NCBI RefSeq assembly: GCF_964355755.1
Contig: NC_092672.1
Span: 10,540,001-10,604,000, forward strand
DNA: 64,000 bases
Direction of reading: 5' to 3'
Source: Antedon mediterranea
Taxonomy: Eukaryota; Animalia; Echinodermata
Position 1 is the stretch's first letter. Every line of letters begins with the position of its first letter. The notes beneath the pieces were generated by a model. That model was not told where the DNA came from and did not search any database. It was given only the letters and a program-made list of their open reading frames with translations. Positions 14,815-28,200 of the stretch are shown piece by piece. Both the position numbers and the translations under genes were made by a program.

Positions 14815-14962
14815 CTACTACTAGGCCTAGGCCTAGGCCTAGGCTAGGCCCGGCCTAGGCCTAAGGCTATTACTAACTAGTACTACTAGGCTAGAGGCCT
14901 ACTAGGCCTAGCTAGCTAGCCTAGGCCTAGGCCTAACTAAGTCCAGATGCCTAGCCTAGCTA
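14815..14962. repeat. CTAG/AGGCCT-rich low-complexity palindromic tract
   Basis: Runs of (CTAGGC)n and GCTA repeats. Confidence 0.8.
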
Positions 14963-15589
14963 TCTTTTTTATGTGAAATCAATCATACTAACAAATGTAT
15001 GCTTTAAAACACAGTAGGGATCAGGTGCCGTTTTCGGCCACCTCGACTTGTATGGACTATACCATTATAAAAAGATGGGAAAATAGGGGTGTCCCATTTA
15101 TTAATTGAGTGTGTTAATGTGTTAAAATACTGCTCTTTTTGTTCTTTTGTTTTTCTTGTTGTGTCAGCAACAAAGGGAAAACAACTACGCCCTGCATGCT
15201 GTAGAATTAATTTCAGTTTTCAAGTTAATGCAGTATATTATGGCTCTTTATTTCTATATAATTTTTACAGATTTATAGATACAGAAAGTATATAAAGAAA
15301 GTTTTTATTCCAGTTACAAATAAAAAATATAATTTACCTAACGATAACACAGTAGTACATTTAATAAAGATGACAGTAGTACATTTATCACATAATGATT
15401 ATTAGGTAATCAGTAAAACAAATAAACATTATAATTTTGTCAGTGAATCTGTACCATTTTGTTCCCAGAAAACACAGCGTTTGACATTGCATGTTTTTAG
15501 GTTTGGTCTTTCTAAACATGTTTTAAACACGTTTTTAAACGTTTCTGTGTGGAAATACATGTTTTAATTGAACAACGTTTGCATCAAAA

Positions 15590-16075
15590 CGTTATAATAG
15601 CGAATGTAAAACGGAGCTGATAATGTCGCCATGAAGAGGATGATTGGTGTCTTCCAATATAGCATGGAATACATCGGCAAGCTGTTCGCTGTAGAAGGAG
15701 TCAAGCATTTGCATACTAGACAAACCAATTACTTTCCACGCTCTACCCAGCACCTTCTCAATTCGGTCTTTATCCCCCTTACATTCCCTTACTGATATTC
15801 CTAGCCCAATATACAATATGCCCAAATAGAACATCACTGATTAGTAAAACATAAACATTCTATAATACAAATATCCTGCTTTACCCCAAAGAACCGAGTT
15901 TCCTAGCTCAAGCAGTACAGCCTTGTATTTAACTTCTTAACTACGATCAACATGTCCACCCATTTAGCTTTAGTCAAACACTACTGCCAGATACTTATCA
16001 ATAATTGTTAACAATCTCTACTTCCTTTACTTTAATTAATGTATACTGTCAGACCAATTATGTTTTCGAAAATCA
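15590..16075 (-). pseudogene. Degenerate non-LTR retrotransposon (Rex1/Babar-like) ORF C-terminal fragment
   Basis: The minus-strand peptide ...DKDRIEKVLGRAWKVIG...FHAILEDTNHPLH resembles the post-RT region of Rex1/Babar/L2 LINEs. It is frameshifted upstream. Confidence 0.55.
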
Positions 16076-16559
16076 ATCCTTATTTCTTTCGTTTTATTTA
16101 TGTTTAGTTCAAGAAAATAAAAAATATGATTTATCTACTGATAGGATTGGGCCGATTAGAATGCATTTGCCAACATTCTTTTACATATTTCACAACATTA
16201 TAGAGTTTAGGTAATTTAACCGATTGTAATGTAGTATTTAGGATGTTTTAATTCCGATTGTATTGTAGTATTTAAGATTTTCTAATTTCGAATCCGATTG
16301 TACTAAAATTTAAAGTGTTTAAATCTATATAGGAATAACATAGGCCTAGTATTTAATATGCTTTAATTTTGATTATACTGTAGTGTTTAGTTTAGTTTTT
16401 ATATATAATAAGTAAGTATACCTACTTATATAGTTTTTATTTATTTATTTATTCATAGGAATCACCTTTTCATTCATTCATTTCATTTATCTTTTTATTT
16501 CGGAATATCATGGTGACATAATATAATATCCATAGCAAAATAGAGAAAAAAAAATCTTA

Positions 16560-17462
16560 ATCTTTATATCGGCGTCACACATTTATCAGTTAATGGTGCA
16601 TCCAATTTACAGACAAAATTACAAATAACATAAGCCACAAAGTTCTAAATACTATAACATCAAAACAAAATGTAAACTAATTAATTAGATCTGTATGAAA
16701 ATACATAATACGTATATTGTACAATATATATAACTACAAAAATAAAAACAGAACAACAAAAATACAGGATAGGCCTAAGAAATAAATAAAACTTACAGAT
16801 ACATCCTCATAGAGATGTCTGTAGCTTGTTTACTATATTAATCAATTAGTTGAGAGAGGTAATGTTGATAAAATTGTAGATCTAGTAACCCATGCTTTCA
16901 TTAAATATGTTTTACAATAAAAATCAAAGATTTTTCCTAATGTTTCATTTTCAGTGAATAAATTGTCTAGCATAAAGTGGTGTTTTAACTGAGGTCCACT
17001 GATTAAAATTATCCCGGTACAAACTTAATTATTGTCTAACAGAGTTTAATGAAGGACATTTAAATAAAAAATGGTTTACTGTTTCTTTTTCGTTTGTACT
17101 GTACACATCTTACATAATCCTGTGTTATGATTTGACCATGATTTTCTACGACCCTCAAGATCTAGAGAGTTTGATCTTGCTTTAAATTTTAAATGGATAC
17201 TCTTAAAATTAGTTTTATCTAACAAATATTGTTCAAGGTTTGGTTCCTTTATACATAGTATATTCCGTTAACGTTGTTTTGCATGGAATTTTGTTTTGCT
17301 TTGGGCCTTTGAAAACCACTCGTTATGATCAACTTGTTTATTATTTTTCCTAAATGGCTTTATCCAGTTAGTAGATGGTTCTTCATTAAATTTGTCTATA
17401 CAATTTGTTTTATATAAAATATATTTAGTTAATATAGTAATATTGTTACAAAATCTTGGCAT
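16560..17462 (-). pseudogene. 3' fragment of a LINE ORF2 with C-terminal CCHC knuckle
   Basis: Minus strand near 17040-17130 encodes GLCKMCT...KETVNHFLFKCPSL (C-x2-C...ET-x2-H-x4-C). It is interrupted and 5'-truncated. Confidence 0.6.
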
Positions 17463-17706
17463 TCCCTAACACAGTAGGCCTACCTAATAATAACATGCCT
17501 TTTTAACATGCTAGTTTTTGATGTTCTGTATTGTTCCTTGTAGTTTGTACTGTACGTTACATAACAGAACAATTGTATTGTCTTCCCATTCAATAGACAC
17601 CCTTCTCTACATAAAACATAATACACCACACCCCTATCATAATAATGGTATAGTCCATATAAGTCGAGGTGGCCGAAAACGGCACCTGATCCCACAGTAG
17701 TACTAC

Positions 17707-17880
17707 CTTTTCAGCATTCGCGAAATACAATAGTAACCTTATTAAAAGGAAAATACTTTTGAATCAAACAGAGGATATTTCTAATTTCTGGAAATCACCA
17801 TAACATTATTTTTAGAATTTTGTGGTTTTACGACATTCAAATATTAGAACCCATTTTGTGTCCGAAACTGGAACTGCGCC
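17707..17880 (-). other. Probable non-coding first exon of the caspase gene
   Basis: The caspase ATG exon begins at a splice acceptor (tag|GTACAATG, 14259), so an upstream exon is required. Candidate donor AAG|gtagta at 17707/17706. The 5' boundary is a guess. Confidence 0.35.
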
Positions 17881-18286
17881 ACCAATACGGTCTCTCTCTC
17901 CCCTCTTTGGCGGGTATTTATTTGATTGAACACCCAAACAAACACCCCAGGCGAATTATTCGAATAAAATAGTAATACGGTATATACCAAAAAAGTGACC
18001 TGGTAATTAGCCACTCGTCATCTTAGAGGTTTTTTTTATTCTGTTCTCAAAAGACTCAAATCATATACTATGTACAGATATTTATCTTGATCATACATTA
18101 TTTGGCAACCTATATAAACTCTACTGTATATGGGCCGGGGCTATACTGCCTATACAGTATTATGATAAAATGATATTTCCGTGGGTGTTATTAATTTTGA
18201 AACCGTAAAAGCATTTTTAATATAATATCATTTAACAGCGGTGAGAGCGAGCGTCATGAAATAACTCCATAGTACTGTAGTATGTC

Positions 18287-18901
18287 TTTTTTCACGCTGC
18301 TGCTCTAGCCCGCTACGTCCCATTAGGACTACTCAATCAGAAGCTGAAGCAAGCAGCAATTATAGTTCTAAGGACAACAGTTTTGCGAAAATGGAAACTC
18401 CACTATAATTTATAGATTTCCAGCTGCTACTGTAAACCCAAAACGTCTGGGAAAAGGGTCTATTAGGACATGTCATGCTAAAATTCCAAATCCCAAAAAA
18501 AGCATTTCTGGTATTTATGACTTTTGACTGTAATTCACTGTCAGATATTCATTGAATTATCATCGAAACAGTCCATTAAAGTTTGTGTTTGTAATAGGAT
18601 ACTTCACACTTGAAATATCTAGGGTGATGAAGTGACCCTCAGACTTGACCTTAGGAATTTGAACTAAAGTGACAGAAATTGAGTATTCACTTCTGTAACA
18701 AAAAATAATATTTATTCACATGTAAAAAGAGAAAGAAACCCAAAAACCATTGTCTGACACACAATTTAAGTATTTGCTTTAAATTACATTTTTTAAGGTA
18801 AAATAATTATGTGAAAATAAAATGACACATTCAAAAACATTTGAAATAAAAAATATTTTTCAATAAGCGAGCAGCGTTTTTTGTAAGAAATATTTCTTGT
18901 T
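18287..18901 (+). mobile_element. HINE (Helentron-associated) element, copy 1, between the caspase and ATAD3 5' ends
   Basis: TTTTTCACGCTGCTGCT...AAGCGAGCAGCG (subterminal inverted repeat), then the hairpin AAGAAATATTTCTT and a CTTGTT end. Colinear with the copy at 58629-59279. Confidence 0.75.
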
Positions 18902-19281
18902 TAAAGTGTTTTTAGTATTAATATTCAATTAATATACCATGGAGGTTATTTTTTCCTCCATGTACGCGCTTAAGATGGACTAAATTCATGACACTCATGT
19001 TTTTACTGTGTGGGGTTATAATCAAAATTGTTTTAAACAATTTAAAGAGTAAAAACCACTTAATTGTTGCAATTAATTGTTTTTACAATAAAAATGTTAA
19101 CACCGGAGCTACCCTTTAAATGAGTTTGATACTGTGCTGCTGTCAGAATGTGTTTACGCCCTCTATCATTATTTCAAACCACGTGTGTTACATCAGCAGA
19201 ATTAGAAAAACACTTGCGGCACGGGTGAAGTTTTTGAAAGAATTTTTTGGTATTATTGGAGTAAAAAATATCTAAATAACA

Positions 19282-22200
19282 ATGTCTTGGTTATTTGGTG
19301 TTAAAAAAGATCCGGCACCATCAGATCTTTCACTACCTCAGCTCCCAGAAGGGTTAAACTTGCCCGGTGCCCCGGGAGGAAGTGGCAGCGATGATGGCAA
19401 GAAAGGAGGCGGAGACGAGGCGAAGAAAGTCGCGGGTAGCTGGTCAAATTTTGATCCTACTGGCCTGGAACGTGCGGCTAAGGCTGCTAAAGAACTAGAT
19501 AAATCGGGTAAGTTTAAAGGGACAGGGCTTCATGTAACCGAATATCTGAATTCACGAAGGTTATTATTTATAATAATTTAGAAATATAGAAAGATAAATC
19601 CACAAACTGGAAATGATTGAATTAATTTGTGAAAAGGCGAGTTGAGAAGCCAGCAAGCCAAGAAGAAGGGGGCAGGGAAGAACAAGCATGGATGGAAGAT
19701 CAGTACAAGTTGGCCTCTCCTCCTCCTAGCTAGGGATAGGGAGACACTTGCTGATATTAGAAGATCTAGTTTACATGCATGAAGGTCGACTGTGCCTAAT
19801 TTAATGCTTTATTTGTCGCGCATTTTGAATCGTTAACATTATACTCTCAGTACATGAAATTAAAAACTGAATAAGCTATCTTGGTCTGGCCTAGATAAAA
19901 TTTTCAAAGATTTTTGTTTACAGGAAATGCAAAAGGAGCACTTGAATTGGCAAAACTGCAGGAACAAACTACACACCTTAATAAACAAGGAAAAATTAAG
20001 GTACACAAAAGAATAATATATATCGCAACTCTGATTAATTTACAGCAATGTTGTTGATACTGAAGTAGGCCTATACAAGATTCTAATGACAAAAAATGAT
20101 AGTGCTAAACTTTAACTGCATTAAAAGGAAAAAAAGAGATTAGCATTATATAAATTCCAGAAGTTTTTGTTCGAAGGGTGTGAATTTTCAGTGGGTGGGT
20201 TTACTTTTGATTGGTTTTAATACCTCTCGTAAATCACACATTTTTTGGGGTTTGATTAGATACACTAATTATCCAATCTCAATATTACCTCAGTAAGTAC
20301 ATACACAAGCCAGGATCAGTATGCAATTAATTTTGTGCATCTTATTTTTTACTTAGTCTTTAAATGTGTAAAGATTTGTTATTGTTTATGGAAAAAAAAA
20401 CTTTGATTCAGTAGTACAACCAAAAACAATATAAAAGTATATCAATATTTATGAGTTCAACGGTACAGTTAGCAATATATTCCAAATCTGTATTTATTTT
20501 TTGTTTTTCACTCATTCAGGAATATGAGACTGCTATAGAACAGTATAAAATAGAACAGATACGTGTCCAACAAGAAGAGAAACGAAAGACACTGGGTCAG
20601 GAAACGCAGCAACATCAGCAAAGGGCACAGTACCAGGATCAACTAGCAAGGAAACGATATGATGATCAGCTTGTTCAACAGGTTTGCTAAATACAGTACT
20701 AAATTGGTACCAACTTTTCAATTTTACTTGCAATATTTTGGCAAGTACTTCACCCAGTTTCTGAGTGCTTTCATTTGTTTGTTACCATGATAGCGTTCAT
20801 AATTTTCAAGTTACCGTCCAGAATATTTGGGTGTTAATGGGTATACTTACAGAACAAGCCTATTGATTTTCAGAAAATTGATTTATCTGTGACGTCACAA
20901 TAGCATGCCCTCAGTATTCTTTTTAACATAGGCTGAAATATGAAGTAGTGAGTCCTCTATCTCTCTCTGAATATAGTTTTCACTGATATTTCACCAAGTG
21001 CTTCACTCAGTTTCTGAGTGCTTTTATTTTTATATTCATGGTATAGGTGACATAGGGAGGGTGTACACCAACAATGAAGAATGTGGTCAGTCGGGATGAT
21101 GTTAGTTAACCTCAAAGGAAACACAATGCTCAAAGCACTCTGTTAACTATGTACTGAACGGAAAAACTTTACTCTAAATCGGATGTACTAGTTGTCTGTG
21201 AGCACTTATATATCCGAATATCTGACCTATACACAAAATACAGTTACAGAGCACGGATTCATTCCCCTATTTGTGTTTTTATGACTTGTTTAATTTGATT
21301 AGTCGAAATTTTAGGGTGACATACCACATTACAACAACTAAAAATTGAAGGCTAAATGTTGTTCTACAGTCATTGTCCCACACCTCACCACCAAAGTTTT
21401 AATTTTATTCATGTCTCTAGTAGTATGGCATCGTAAATCTTTCTTGTGCCTTTCAATGCAATAGCCTATGTCAACCAGGTTGATTACATTATTTTTTAGG
21501 CAAATAAATAAGCTTTTTTTATTGGTTTTTAGAAAAGAATGAATGATGAAAATTTAGCCCGTCAAGAAGACTCTGTTAAGAAACAAGAAAATATGCGAAG
21601 AGGTAAAGTAATTAAACAATCATATCCTGCTTTATATACTCCAGCTAGTAATATAATCTGTTTTTGCATTGGAAAATCATATTGCACATCCAAAGGGTCA
21701 CTGTAAAATGTAATGTAGCCAAAGAAAAATCTTGCATATTGTTTTACTGTGGTAACTCAGATAAAAAGGAGCTTTGTCGTTGCGATGACTGACAACTACA
21801 GTATGTCATGTTAATCCACTGTATGCAGGGATATTGGGACGTGTTTCCTCACTCCCCACTTCGACATTTAAACTAAATGTAAGCAACCTGAAATAGATTT
21901 GCCAGCCCAAGATTTGGCATTTGAAAGGACTCTTATATACTGACTATTTTTTCTCAACCTAGCTACAATTGAATATGAAGCTGAGCTGAGACATAAAAAT
22001 GAAATGACGAAATTAGAGGCTGAATTGAGAGGGAAAGCAAAGGTTGAACGAGAAAATAAAGATATCAGAGCTGATCAGATTCGATTGAAGGCTTCAGAAC
22101 ACAGAGAAACGGTTCTGCAGGGTTTGAAGTAGGATTTCTTACATTTTTTAAAAATTAAAATTAGTAAGACAGATGGCTTGCAACGATATGTACGATTGTC

Positions 22201-25200
22201 TTGGTTTGAAATTCATGATATGATAAAGCACATATTTAGTCATATTTTTGTTCGGTCCAAGTTAAGCAGCAGCGCTTTTATCTTGAACAATAAAAACAAT
22301 ACATTTTAAATTTTGGGAAAAAAAATTAAGAAATACACTTTTAAAATTAATACTGCAAATATTTTTGGCTAAACCCATGAATAATCAAACTGTGATTTTC
22401 TTTTTAATTTAAAATGTATTTTTGCAAAAATTGAAGATTTACATGCATCATATCTTTCAGAACTGCTGGTACAATAATTGGAGACGGTTTTAAGGGATTC
22501 ATTTCAGATTGGGATAAAGTATCGGCGACAGTGAGTGATATTTTGATAGTTTGAAGGTGCTTGTATGGCGATGATCTGTTTAAATGCTAGAAAACAACAT
22601 AGATTTGATGCTGTTATATGCAGAGGTCCCAACTTAAAATTATGAATAAACCTAATTTTCTTTTTTTTGCAGTTAATATATATATTATATAATAATATTA
22701 GGTTTCAAAATACTAAACTGTTCTTTGTAGGCAGCTGGTTTGACGTTGCTAGCCTTTGGAGTATACTCTGCCAAGATGGGAACAGGAGTTGCAGCACGCT
22801 ACATTGAGGCTAGACTTGGGAAACCATCGTTGGTTCGTGAAACCTCGCGTATAAACTTTCTTCAGGGATTACGGCATCCAATCCTCGTTGGAAAGCGACT
22901 CTTCACAAAGGCAGAGGACGCTCTTCAAGGCGTAGTTCTTAAAGTAAGCCAGAATATCTGTATTACTTTATTATTTATATTAATTATTTATAAGTAATAA
23001 TTATTTATTTAAATTTTGCATGAGGCATAATAGCCCATTTGATTTCTAAATGTTTTTAAACTCTGTCTACACTTATCAAACTTTATGTGATAAACAAAAT
23101 TGATGTGCCCATATATGGGAATTATGATGTCATATCACTACCATATTTGGGCATATTGCTACCATATTTGGGCACATCACAACTAGTTTGATATCTTTAT
23201 ACATATTTTATTATGATTAATTTCAGCCAACACTGGAAGAGAAACTTAGAGAAATCGCCATAGCAACAAGAAACACAAAAGCAAATAAAGGTTTATATAG
23301 GAATATATTAATGCATGGCCCACCAGGGACTGGTAAAACATTGTTTGCTAAGGTCAGTTTGCTTACATATTGTATTTAGCTCCCCTCCCCTTTTCTGATT
23401 TTGACAATAGCAATTAACGTGAATTCTGAGTTTCATAATTTAGCGGTGTCTCGACTACACTCATTTTGAACAATCAATTTGAGGCAGAAAGCTAATTTGT
23501 TGCTCTGTTTTATAAATCAATGTGAGGACCAACAAAACAGATTTGCACAAAAAAGGGAAAAATATTTGATTAAAATCCATTATAGTGTCTGTTTAATAAC
23601 CACCACTGAATCCCTTATTAATTAATGTTTTTATTTTAAAATTAATCTAATTTCAACAGAAACTAGCAATAACGTCAGGAATGGACTTTGCCATAATGAC
23701 AGGAGGTGATGTCGCCCCCATGGGGCGTGAAGGTGTAACTGCTATGCACAAGGTTTTCGATTGGGCCTCAACAAGTCGACGAGGGTCAGTTTTAGAAATA
23801 AATTATTCATTATTCTGTTTAGATATGCTAATATTCGCATTAGCACTGATTGAATTTTGACTATTTCTCTACGTGGAAACGTTTTAGATATATTAATACC
23901 GTAGTTCAGTTTATTAGGCCAAAAAAAATGTCATGTTGCCTAAAGGACAGTGTCAATTGAAAAACACTTTTTGTTGATTTTATTCTACTTACAAATTCAA
24001 TACTTAAGAATTCAATAATGCATGCATGCAGTTTAAAAAAAATGATAATGCTCAAGAAAATAAAAAATAAAATCTGAACCACATTTTTTGCCTTATATTG
24101 AGCACAACATTTTCTTATAATAACAAACACATTTTTCAATTCATAGTATCAAGATATTTGTTCTAAACTTGATTTCACTGTTTAATCCAAGCTTGAATGT
24201 TATGAAGCTAGATGTAGTAGATCTTATATATTGTTTTTTATTATATTGGATGAAACTAAAAATTGGGTATTTCTCTCTTTTTCTCCAGTGTTCTCTTATT
24301 TGTGGATGAGGCTGACGCATTTCTTAGAAAGAGGAGCATGGTATGTAGAAGTGTATAATTAGCATAAAAAATGAATATTCATGATACAAAGAAATAATTC
24401 ACAATAAAATAAGGCACACTTATGTATTATACAGTGTGTGTTTATGCAATTAGCATTGTTGAATTCAGGGAGTTATGTATAGTGTCGGACGGGCTCCGAA
24501 TAAAACATAGTTGACGTTTTTTTCATTCATTCAAAATGTTTTTCTACTTTTTTCAGTCATTACCATATTTATATATTTGTTTTATTTAGAGGTTCAGACC
24601 TAAAGCCAATTTGGCTTATTGCAATTTCCACACACATTTTATTATTATTTATATAAAAAAATGTATTTACTGTGTTATATTTTTGTAAAATAAATCTGAA
24701 ACTTTTTAATTAATGGAGGCTGAAAAACTTGACAAGAAAGCAATCAATGAAATCCTCAAAAAGACTCCCTAGTTTGCTTGCCTTTGATTAACTATTTATC
24801 ATTTTAGCAACAATAGAAGACTCCTTAGTTTGCTTGCCTTTGATTAACTATTTATCATTTTAGCAATAATAGAAGACTCCTTAGTTTGCTTGCCTTTGAT
24901 TAACTATTTAACATTGTAGCAATAATAGAAGACTCCCTAGTTTGCTTGCCTTTGATTAACTATTTATCATTGTAGCAATAATAGAAGACTCCTTAGTTTG
25001 CTTGCCTTTGATTAACTATTTAACATTGTAGCAATAATAGAAGACTCCCTAGTTTGCTTGCTCTTTATTAACTAATTAACATGGTAGCAATAACAGTCTG
25101 TTTATCTTTTGCTTTTCTTTAGGAAGTTATTAGTGAAGATTTACGTGCGACTTTAAATGCATTTCTCTACAGAACTGGAGAACAATCAAACAAGTATGTA

Positions 25201-28200
25201 TTATTAGTAGCTTAGATGTTTTTAAATAGCACCATCTATGTTTGAATATTTTATACTTAGTTGCACCTACTAAATCCAGACAGACATTAAAACTTATTAA
25301 AGACTGATTAAAGATGTATTGTCCCCCAGAAAAAATAAAAACAATTTTGTTGTTGAAAATGCCATTTTAATGTCGCATAATAGATATTCACTTTGATCAA
25401 AAATTGGATTAGAAAAAAATATATATATTTACCTGAAAAAACTGTAATTTAAAGCAAAAAACCAATGTGTTTTTGGTTGGAATTAACCATCTATTTTGTC
25501 ATTTTATAAGTGGAAACATTTTTTTTTTTTTTTCTATGGAAGTGAAAATTACAAAATGGCCTATTCAAAATCTTATTTTATTAACCTTCATTTATCATGG
25601 GTTTTTTGGGGCATCCCAGAATTTTTGTAAATGTGCCCTAACTATGAACGTTGAAGCATGCAGAATGTTGTGTTTATTGTTTCAGATTTATGTTAGTGCT
25701 AGCTAGTAATCAGCCGGAACAGTTTGACTGGGCAATAAACGACAGATTAGATGAAATGGTAGAATTTAGATTACCGGACCTTGAGGAACGTGAGCGTATG
25801 GTTCGACTGTACTTTGATCGTTTTGTATTAAAACCAGCATCGGAGGGTAAAAAGTGAGTTAGAGTTTTATAAAAATAACATTCTTCATAATTATGTTTAT
25901 GAATTTCATAAACCTCGGCAAACTAGTTTGTCAAAAAATTGCACTTCCTTAACTTCTGGAACCTAGATTCTGCAGTTTTACTAGCAAACTTTCTACAACT
26001 TTCTTGCTAAACCCAGAGTTTATTCCAATAGGCTAGGATTAATACCCTTTTCACATCTGCAAAAATGTAATCAGATTTGCATAGTGTGAAGACAATTTTA
26101 TGGATAAATTCCCGAGATTTCACAGGGATGCCTGTGAGAAAAAGCCTGTTCTTTCCTTAGGAGATGTCCCAAAGTTTGTATTGCGCATGTGTGTTGGCCT
26201 GAAATTTAACTGACACTAATACAGTACACTAATAATTAAATAGCGCCCCCAACTATGGAATGACAATACACCCCCCCCCCCCCCATCTTGTATGCGTTAA
26301 AGACCCCTTCCCTGCAATTTTGGACGTTTTTTGGAAAATAATACATATACAGTAGAACCTCCATTTTACGTACGGTACGGGACCGATAGCCGTACGTAAA
26401 ACACAGGATTCGTAAAATCAAGGTTGACCTTAAATTGACCTCAAACACGTAGAAATCCTATAGATAACATAGGCTAGGCTAGGCAGTAATGTTTTGTTTA
26501 CATTTACAGCTTCCAGGGCCTGGACAAGTCACGGGAGAGACGGCACGCCGTGCGCGATGCTTAAATAAAATCAGTGTACAGCTGTATTTGTTTTCTTTAT
26601 TTATGTTCATTATTCCTTAAATGTTAAAAATTAATTAAAGAATAAAAACTATCGCCGCCGATATTCACCATACAACAACGTGCTGGGCATCGCACATGGC
26701 TTGTTGTTAGATTGCGTCCTCATGGCTGTAAATATGCAATTAACTTGTTGCCTGCTCGCCCGCCACTACAGTACAGTACGTCGTCGTACTGATTGAATTT
26801 AATGCGAGGCTTGCGTGCATAAGTTACAATTTATACCTAATATACAGTATCGTAAACAAAAGGCAAAAGCTATTAAATCTCTTTGAATTTTGTTGGCCCT
26901 GAAAAGGGCCTTTTGTTTTGATATGTTTTTTTTTTTTTTTCTTTTTTTCTTTCTCTCCGACTTGTTCTACTCAAAGAAGTTTGTTATCTTTGTCTGATTC
27001 AATGACGCTGCTCTCATTTGTGCAGCTTCATCTCTCCACCGACGAATCTGTCTTACATGACATGGATCTTTCTGCATTTGCTCAAACCATTCCACCACAA
27101 CTCCCAATGCCTCAAATGCTTGTTCTGGCTTTACTCGTCTAGTATTTTCACCTTGCTCCTCTTCTTGTTCTTCTTCGTCCGATGATACCGACGAAGTGCC
27201 AAATTCATCAACAATTTCTTCGTCTGTTAACCACTGGTGCCCAGGGTCTTCAGCATCTTCAGCCAACCACTCATCAACACTCATCATGTTTTCAGAGGCT
27301 CCCAGTTCTTGAAACATAGTTTCGAAAATGTTCCTATCCTCTACTTCGTCTGGAGCTGTTTGATCATCTGCTTCATTTTCTGGTTGTTCGACCCTTTCTT
27401 CAACATTTTTCAATAACTTGTTCCATGATCGCTTTAGGTTTTCTTCAGTTGCCGATTCCCACGCATCAGCAATCCAATAGACCGCATCTTTTATAGTCAG
27501 TTGTTTGACTGCCTCAGGAATTGGAGTGTCTATCTGACAAAGAATGTGGCGTAAAAGATTTTTCTTATATCGTCTTTTCAACGGTTCAAGTACCCCCTGG
27601 TCCATCGGTTGGATTAAAGATGTTGTGTTTGGCGGTAAAAACATGACAAGAAAAGCTCCATCTTCTGTGGTTAATACTTCTTCCGATGGATGGGCCGGAG
27701 CATTATCCAAAAGCAACACGATTTTTTCGGGAATGTTGTTTTCGCGGCAAAAGCAGCGCGCACGTGGAACAAAGTTCTCAAAAAACCATTTCTTAAAGAT
27801 AGTTGAGTCCATCCAGGCATTCTTCTGGCTGTAGTAGTCGACGGGAAGACGATCCATATTAATATTTTTAAAGCATCGTGGTTTTGCCGGTTTGTGAACG
27901 AAAGTTAAGGGTATTTTACATGTTCCGCTTGCGTTAGCGCAACCCATAACGGTGACACGATCTTTTGCCGTCTTGAAATTCTTAGCCGTTTTTTCGCCAT
28001 GTAGGACTAGTGAACGGCTGGGCATTAGTTTCCAATAAAGGCCTGTTTCGTCAGCATTGAAAATTTGGTCCCTGGTTAGATTTTCAGCGTCCATCAACAT
28101 CTTTAATTTTGCTTGAAATGGTTCAATCGAACTAGCATTTGCGGACAATGATTCGCCTTGCATTGACAAAGAATGAATTCCATGTCGTTTTTTAAAGCAT

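Larger units (their letters stand above)
15018..17692. mobile_element. Non-autonomous DNA transposon with ~50-bp TIRs and 8-bp TSD (Merlin-like GG...CC ends), containing LINE fragments
   Basis: GGATCAGGTGCCGTTTTCGGCCACCTCGACTTGTATGGACTATACCATTAT pairs with its reverse complement ending at 17692 (1 mismatch). CACAGTAG is duplicated at 15010-15017 and 17693-17700. Confidence 0.85.
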
